61,659 bases of DNA, taken from contig CAYMEF010000002.1 in NCBI GenBank assembly GCA_964389625.1, positions 1 through 61,659 of the forward strand, in the 5' to 3' direction. The notes under the pieces were generated by a model. That model worked only from the letters and a program-made list of their open reading frames with translations. It ran no database searches and had not been told where the DNA came from. The DNA is from an uncultured Thermoplasmatales archaeon. GTDB lineage: Archaea > Thermoplasmatota > Thermoplasmata > Thermoplasmatales > GCA-001856825. Shown one piece after another: positions 56,061 to 61,659 of the stretch (the stretch's first letter is position 1; every line of letters begins with the position of its first letter). A program made the translations under genes and the position numbers.

Positions 56061-56964
56061 TCCCCCAGTTCACAGAATTGACCATTCGGGCTCTCATTCT
56101 CAGTTTCTCTAGCCTGTCTGTCCCAAGTTTTGCCGTGAACTCTTCCCTATCGTTCACGCCGTAGACCCACTCTTCAAGATACTTGTCCACCGATGATCTG
56201 TCCCTTGAGATCGCGTCCCACTTGACATAAAAATCGTTGTCCCTGTCATAGAAGCCCTGGGCGTAAGACGGGTGAGCCCCCCAAGGATCGTGAACGACAG
56301 CGGAGACCACCAAACCCGGCACTATAGTCCTGTTGGGGTCTCCCTTGATGGTGGTGGAATCAACAATCTCTTCTGCGGTGACTATTACCTTTCTGGCGGC
56401 AAATGCCACCTCCTTCTGCTCTCCGGTTATTCCCCACATTTGAGAGTTTCCGTCCGAGTCGGATCTCTGTACGTGGATTATAGCCACGTCAGGTTTCAAG
56501 GGCTTTACCACCAAAACCGTCTGCCCTGTGAATGGGTCCGTGACCTCTCTGTAGTTCTCATTGAACTTTGGGAGGTCCGTGCTGCCGACCGCGTTGACGG
56601 GGAAGAAGGGGATATTGGATCCTCCGGCAAACAGTGCCGATATGAGGCTTCCGTGGGTATATTCCTCTATGGCAACCCTGTTGGGTTCGCCTTTTTCCAC
56701 GCTGCGTCTGATGCAGTGCAGCGACCCCACTCCGGGATTACCGAGGTATGAGAACACCAGCCTGGAGGCCGTCCCGGCTGCGACCATCTGGTCATAGATA
56801 ACGTCGGGTGTCATTCTGATCAAATTCAGATCCTTCCTCCCCTGTCTGATCATCTCGTGCCCCGCGGAGAAATCTATCAGGTGGGTGAAGCCAGAAATGT
56901 AAACGGAATCGCCGTCGTGAACGAATGAGGAAATTGATTCCCGCATCGACATCAGCTTATCCAT
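56050..56964 (-). CDS. CoA-transferase subunit A
   Basis: 'ISSFVHDGDSVYISGF', 'LNLIRMTPD', 'GSNIPFFPV', 'AIIHVQRSDSDGNSQMWG'. There is an 11-nt overlap with subunit B. Confidence 0.8.
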   Translation of the reverse strand: MDKLMSMRESISSFVHDGDSVYISGFTHLIDFSAGHEMIRQGRKDLNLIRMTPDVIYDQMVAAGTASRLVFSYLGNPGVGSLHCIRRSVEKGEPNRVAIEEYTHGSLISALFAGGSNIPFFPVNAVGSTDLPKFNENYREVTDPFTGQTVLVVKPLKPDVAIIHVQRSDSDGNSQMWGITGEQKEVAFAARKVIVTAEEIVDSTTIKGDPNRTIVPGLVVSAVVHDPWGAHPSYAQGFYDRDNDFYVKWDAISRDRSSVDKYLEEWVYGVNDREEFTAKLGTDRLEKLRMRARMVNSVNWGSVG

Positions 56965-56978
56965 CGATAGTCGCCTTC

Positions 56979-58307
56979 CTAATCGGAAAGTACACTATTC
57001 GCACTTGGATCCTTCAGTGCGGTCTCAAGCGATTCAACGGTTCTATCGATGTCCTCCTCAGAGTGCGCAACGCTCAGCATGTATCTGCTGGTAGGGATGA
57101 CATAGACCCCCTCTTTCAGCAGCCCGTTGTCGATAACCCTTCTCTTATTCATGTTGACCTCCGATATATCACGGAAAGTACTTATCTCATCCTCTGAGAT
57201 CGTGAAGTTCACTACCCCGCCCTCCCCATATGTCCTGTGAGGTATTCCAAATTGTTCCAGAGTGTGAGAAAGGCCGTTTCTAAGTTCTGTAGCCCTTCTC
57301 GTTATACGGGAGAAGTTGTCGTTTGAAGCTAGCTCGCTCACCGTTGCCATCCCTAACGTCATGCTTATGGGATTTCCATTGAAGGTTCCGGAGTGAAAAA
57401 CCCTCTTATCGTGACTGGTCCTTGGGTCCAGAGCGTCCATGATATCGGGTTCTCCCATCACAGCACCGATAGGCGCCCCACCACCGATGATCTTTCCCAG
57501 ACACACCAGGTCCGGCCGGATTCCGTAATACTCCGCCGCTCCTCCCAGTCGGATGCGGAATCCTGTCTTGACCTCGTCGAATGCCAGAATTATCCCGTTG
57601 TCCCTTGTGTATTTTCTGAGGAATTGCACGAAGTCCGGTCTGGCAGGGATGTAACCGTCTTCAAACGGTTCCATTATTATCGATGAGACTTCTTCCTCTT
57701 CAAGGATAGTTCTTGTACCTTCCGTATCATTGAAGGGAAGCACGACGATATTATCGAGAAGACCACCTTTGACTTCACTGCTGTCAGGCTCCTTTTCTAC
57801 CCTGCCTGTTTTTCCCCTCTTCTTTGGCCTGTAGTTGGCAAGCAAGAATGGGTTTGCACCGTGATAATGTCCATCGAATTTTGCTATCTTCCTCTTCCCC
57901 GTCTTTGCCATTGCAAGCCTGTTTGCGAGAAGAGTCGCTTCAAGCCCTGAATTTGTAAACCTTAGTTTCCCCCCCTTCATGTACCTGTCCAGCAAGATCT
58001 CTGCAAATTCCGCCTCCTGTGGTGAGGGGTTGCCGAACAGCGTCGTACCATAGGAGTCAATGATCCTCTCCAACGCTTCCCTGATCACGGGATGGCCATG
58101 ACCAAGAATAAGTGCACCGTAAGACAGAACATAATCCACATACTCGTTGCCGTCAATATCCCACAGGTGAGAGCCGTTTGCATGCGAGAGAAAGACCGGG
58201 TAAGGATTCCGGAACTTGATGTTACCATTCACTCCCCCGGGCAGGACACGTTCTGCCTCTTCAAACATGGCGTGCGATCTGTCCGTTGAGCGCGAGGACT
58301 CGTTCAT
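56979..58307 (-). CDS. class-III (PLP) aminotransferase, glutamate-1-semialdehyde aminomutase-like
   Basis: 'VLPGGVN', 'WDIDGNEYVDYVLSYGALILGHGHP', 'FTNSGLEA', 'FDEVKTGFR', 'LGKIIGGGAPIGA'. Confidence 0.85.
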   Translation of the reverse strand: MNESSRSTDRSHAMFEEAERVLPGGVNGNIKFRNPYPVFLSHANGSHLWDIDGNEYVDYVLSYGALILGHGHPVIREALERIIDSYGTTLFGNPSPQEAEFAEILLDRYMKGGKLRFTNSGLEATLLANRLAMAKTGKRKIAKFDGHYHGANPFLLANYRPKKRGKTGRVEKEPDSSEVKGGLLDNIVVLPFNDTEGTRTILEEEEVSSIIMEPFEDGYIPARPDFVQFLRKYTRDNGIILAFDEVKTGFRIRLGGAAEYYGIRPDLVCLGKIIGGGAPIGAVMGEPDIMDALDPRTSHDKRVFHSGTFNGNPISMTLGMATVSELASNDNFSRITRRATELRNGLSHTLEQFGIPHRTYGEGGVVNFTISEDEISTFRDISEVNMNKRRVIDNGLLKEGVYVIPTSRYMLSVAHSEEDIDRTVESLETALKDPSANSVLSD

Positions 58308-58582
58308 GGCAACTCATTGCCGGGATGTATTATATTATCATGGTCAACCTGTTTACTGCTTCTGATCTGAGATAAGTCACACATACTCCGGGCAAAGTTG
58401 CATGGCAGATTGTCACGCCGTACTTGTGATCTGGGTGGCCTCAAATCCTCCAAGAATGACCCGCGGAAGGAGTGTTTGACTGTCCTTCGGAATAGCGGAG
58501 TCGGCTATCTCTTCAGTGCCGGGACGTTAGATGTAAAGTGGTTTACCGACAACGTAAAGATAGAGCGGGACATCACCCCCAT

Positions 58583-59932
58583 ATGTCAGTCCACGACCTG
58601 AAGGAAATTTCAATAAGAGTGTCTCCGCCAGGAAAGAATACGAAGAGAATTATAGAGATGAGCAACAAGTACATGGCTACCACTACCCAGACTTTACCGG
58701 TCGTTGGTCGCAGGGGAGTTGGAGTATACGTGGAGGACGTTGATGACAACGTCTACCTAGATTATACGAGCGGAATAAGCGTGACGAATGTTGGATACAA
58801 CAACCCGGATCTTGTCAAGAGAGTGGAAGACCAGCTGCACAACCTCTGGCATTTTGCTGGAACGGACTTCTATACGGAGGTATATGTGGAAGCAGCGAAG
58901 AGACTCACGGAAGTGACTCCTGGGAAATTCAGGAAGAGAGTTTTTTACACAAACAGCGGCACCGAGAGCGTGGAAGCTTCAATAAAGATAGCAAAGGCTT
59001 TCACCCATAAGAGCCAGTTCATCGGCTTCATAGGCGCATTCCACGGCAGGACGCACGGGTCCCTAAGCTTTACTGCTTCCAAGGCACAGCAACGCAAGGG
59101 ATTCTTCCCCTTCATGCCCGGAGTTGAGCACGTTCCCTTTCCAGACCCCTACAGGAATCCGTTCGGCATAGATGGATACGAAGACCCTTCAGAGCTCGTG
59201 AACAGAGTCATAGATTTTATTGATTCCTACGTGTTCAAGACATACGTTCACCCGAGCGATGTTGCGGGTTTCTTGGTAGAACCTATACTTGGCGAGGGAG
59301 GATACATAGTCCCCCCAAAGAACTTCTTGAAGGAGTTGAGAAAGCTGGCAGACCTTCACGGCATTCCCCTCCTACTGGACGAAGTGCAAACGGGATTTGG
59401 AAGGACGGGTAAGTTCTTTGCCTCCGAACACTTCGGTGTGGAGCCAGATGCCATAGCACTGGCAAAATCGATCGCATCGGGCATCCCGATGGGTGCAGTG
59501 GTCATGAAGGAAGAGATGAATTTCAGGGAGAAGGGGATGCACTCCAATACCTATGGCGGTAACCCGATCGCCTCCGCCGCATGTGTTGCCACTATAGATG
59601 TGATAAAAAAGTTGAACCTTGTGAAGAACTCGGAAGAGATGGGAAAATACATGAAGAAGAGGCTGCTGGAACTTCAGGAAAAATACACGGAGATAGGCGA
59701 CGTCAGGGGTCTGGGACTGATGCTTGCACTGGACTTCGTCAAGAACAGTAAGACAAAGGAGTGCCATACTAAACTGAGAGACAAGGTACTGGACAATGCA
59801 TTCAAGAATGGTCTCCTCCTGCTCTCCACTGGACAGGGAGCCATCCGGCTTATCCCCCCCCTTATCATTAAAGAGAGAGAGGTAGACGAGGGAATAGATG
59901 TCCTGGATAGGTCCATAAGGCAAGCCCTCTAG
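58583..59932 (+). CDS. class-III (PLP) aminotransferase (4-aminobutyrate/acetylornithine/omega-amino-acid type)
   Basis: 'DVDDNVYLDYTSGISVTNVGY', 'YTNSGTESVE', 'LLLDEVQTGFGRTGKFFASEHFGVEPD', 'LAKSIASGIPMGA'. The ORF is open from 58538; ATG 58583 fits homolog N-termini. Confidence 0.85.
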   Translation: MSVHDLKEISIRVSPPGKNTKRIIEMSNKYMATTTQTLPVVGRRGVGVYVEDVDDNVYLDYTSGISVTNVGYNNPDLVKRVEDQLHNLWHFAGTDFYTEVYVEAAKRLTEVTPGKFRKRVFYTNSGTESVEASIKIAKAFTHKSQFIGFIGAFHGRTHGSLSFTASKAQQRKGFFPFMPGVEHVPFPDPYRNPFGIDGYEDPSELVNRVIDFIDSYVFKTYVHPSDVAGFLVEPILGEGGYIVPPKNFLKELRKLADLHGIPLLLDEVQTGFGRTGKFFASEHFGVEPDAIALAKSIASGIPMGAVVMKEEMNFREKGMHSNTYGGNPIASAACVATIDVIKKLNLVKNSEEMGKYMKKRLLELQEKYTEIGDVRGLGLMLALDFVKNSKTKECHTKLRDKVLDNAFKNGLLLLSTGQGAIRLIPPLIIKEREVDEGIDVLDRSIRQAL

Positions 59933-60005
59933 TGCCTAAGCAAGAGTCCTGATGAAGAGGGTGGATGGAATATTGACTCCATCACCCGGTAGTTCACTAT
60001 AAGGA

Positions 60006-61058
60006 CTACGGGACATCAATATTCAAACCCATCTTTTTCAGCCTGTCCATTATCAGACGGAACTGAGCCTCGTCAAACCCCAGGTACTCCGGTGGAACCA
60101 CCCCCTTACCATCGATCTTCCCCTCCCGAACGAGTCCCGCAATAGCTGCCACCGGGAATCCGGTCATTCTGGCCATTGAGCTAACCTTTCTCCCCTTGTC
60201 GTAGTAGTCCACATATCTAACCTCCTTTTGTTCTCTACCGTAGGCCTTGACTTCAAGGATGCACAGGTCCTCAGCCTTTACTCCCAGTTTTTTCTCGAAG
60301 AGGTTCGTGGTTATCGACCTGGGAGATGTTCCGTCGATCTTATCTCCTGAAAGGTATCCCATGTCTCTCAGGAACTTTATCTTCTGTAGGTGACCGGGGT
60401 ACCTGTACGTCTTTTCAAACATATCGACCCCCTTCAGTGTATCCAGCAGAGTGCCCAGCCCATCCACGTAGAAAGAATCCAGATCACCTATCCCGGGGAA
60501 CGTGGCAGATTCGATACTATCTAGGGGGTCAATCGTCATGATTCTGTTGTCCTTGACGAACCTCGCTGGTCTGGTATAGATATCGATCAGTCCCTCTATG
60601 CTCCAGGTTATGCTGTAGTCCAAGGGTGGTATCCTTGTCAGGGGAAGCCCGGCATCGTAGATCTCTATACGCTTGGCATCGTACTTCTTGTAGAAGTGAC
60701 CGCTTATGATGTTGGTGAGCCCGGGGGCATAGCCTGCATCAGGTATCAGAAGGGCATTGTTGTTGAGCGCAACTTCATTCAGGGAAAGCGAGCTCTCCGG
60801 CATGAACGAGACGTCCACAACCTTCTTCCCCATGCTCACGAGCCTGCGCATTACCCCAAACGCGATCGAGCCGGGTAGAGCAGAAGCAATCACATCAGCC
60901 TTCTCCAGAGTGTCTTTGAAATCGAATATGTCTCCCTGCAAGACCTTGAAGGGAGTGTCTACAATCTTCCGCTTATCTATCACAACGACAGAATCATTCA
61001 GTGATAGTTCATTCGCTATCACAGACCCGATCATACCATATCCTAGAACCACTATCAT
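60006..61058 (-). CDS. saccharopine dehydrogenase-like NAD(P)-binding oxidoreductase
   Basis: The Rossmann motif 'MIVVLGYGMIGSV' follows ATG 61058 directly (the ORF is open to 61148). 'IPDAGYAPGLTN', 'YRYPGH' and 'SSMARMTGFP' are typical of the Sacchrp_dh family. Confidence 0.8.
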   Translation of the reverse strand: MIVVLGYGMIGSVIANELSLNDSVVVIDKRKIVDTPFKVLQGDIFDFKDTLEKADVIASALPGSIAFGVMRRLVSMGKKVVDVSFMPESSLSLNEVALNNNALLIPDAGYAPGLTNIISGHFYKKYDAKRIEIYDAGLPLTRIPPLDYSITWSIEGLIDIYTRPARFVKDNRIMTIDPLDSIESATFPGIGDLDSFYVDGLGTLLDTLKGVDMFEKTYRYPGHLQKIKFLRDMGYLSGDKIDGTSPRSITTNLFEKKLGVKAEDLCILEVKAYGREQKEVRYVDYYDKGRKVSSMARMTGFPVAAIAGLVREGKIDGKGVVPPEYLGFDEAQFRLIMDRLKKMGLNIDVP

Positions 61059-61477
61059 ATTAGCAAAAAGCGCGTCTAGAATATTAGACATTCCGACAAA
61101 CTGGTTTACCGAAAAGGGGGGGAAAACTGCATAGTGAGGTCCGATCACACTTTTACTCAGGGTAAAGATTCATCGGACGGTAATACTTGCTGGGTGGACC
61201 GAACCTCTCCAGTCGTGGCACGGGGGGCGACAACTGTTACTTCCAAACGTTGTATAATCATATGAGACCTGGATTGTTCACCGCACTTTGAGGCAAAAAT
61301 TCATTTTTTTCATTTTTTAAGATGGACAGGGAGACTTAGATACAGTAGGCAGGATTGGAATTTAGTGACAAGTTCATTGGAGGGAGGAGGAATTAATCGA
61401 ATCACACATGGAGGTCATCGGGTTCAAAGAGGACAATACGGTGGTATTATAGACCCTTTCTTGTTGTTTCTCATCCT

Positions 61478-61561
61478 TCAGTGCCACAAGGTCCTTCCAT
61501 TCTCGTTCTGTATATCCACATAGTGTTCCTTCTCGTGGGTATCTATCCCAACTGACAACAT
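61478..61561 (-). mobile_element. N-terminal remnant of an IS110-family transposase gene (27 codons, then in-frame TGA)
   Basis: 'MLSVGIDTHEKEHYVDIQNENGRTLWH*' matches the IS110 N-terminus pattern M..(V/I)GID.(H/S)K..H.....D..G. After the stop, 'RMRNNKKG' continues the pattern. Confidence 0.35.
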
Positions 61562-61609
61562 TTTATTCCTTCCCATATCCATAAACGGGGACCATAACAC
61601 AGCCCTTTT

Positions 61610-61641
61610 TTGCTGCTCTACGGACTGACTAAGAGCAGCAA
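61610..61641. repeat. perfect 10-bp inverted repeat (hairpin) with 12-nt loop
   Basis: 'ttgctgctct' (61610-61619) pairs with 'agagcagcaa' (61632-61641). It is immediately followed by 'ggagg' and an ATG at 61656. Confidence 0.6.
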
Positions 61642-61659
61642 GGAGGATAAACTGAATGA

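Overview
This is a 61.7-kb archaeal chromosomal window. Supporting signs are an archaeal-type uS2, TATA-like boxes about 25-30 nt upstream of many starts, and oligo-T terminators. The gene content resembles an acidophilic, wall-less Thermoplasmata-like organism, but that is inference only. All family calls come from motif recognition by eye; no database search was possible.

Layout:
(1) 1-4.0 kb: housekeeping and hydrolase genes (uS2, MEMO-like, CocE/NonD hydrolase translationally coupled to an unknown protein).
(2) 4.1-22.2 kb: three adjacent giant C-terminally anchored surface proteins (1508, 3492 and 865 aa). They take up about 29% of the window. They are built from about 30 Ig/PKD-like repeats, a YVTN beta-propeller, and about 24 copies of an ~80-90 aa 'VTFxExGLPxGxxWxVxL...EPNGTYxY' module that I cannot assign to a family.
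(3) 22.2-27.1 kb: a KaiC/RecA-like ATPase with an extra N-terminal domain, plus three paralogous uncharacterised ~300-aa proteins. I consider blocks 2 and 3 the best candidates for something undescribed.
(4) 27.2-29.5 kb: ribA, a HEPN/MNT pair, and a 750-bp AT-rich coding desert.
(5) 29.5-33.2 kb: an SDR, then a copper/redox module (membrane wHTH, His-rich SHOCT membrane protein, rusticyanin/sulfocyanin-type cupredoxin, Lrp-TRASH regulator).
(6) 33.4-52 kb: a peptide-scavenging island. It holds a D-aminoacylase, an Opp/Dpp-type ABC transporter, S9, M20 (two copies) and DmpA/S58 peptidases, and a PKD-bearing family-5 binding protein.
(7) 54-61 kb: a thiolase / CoA-transferase AB / two class-III aminotransferases / saccharopine-dehydrogenase-like cluster.

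The right-hand 36 kb carries at least seven gene remnants: an amber-interrupted GNAT, a phospholipase-B-like pseudogene, binding-protein, permease and ATPase fragments of a second ABC system, and IS1634-like and IS110-like transposase fragments. I recognised no rRNA, tRNA or CRISPR array.
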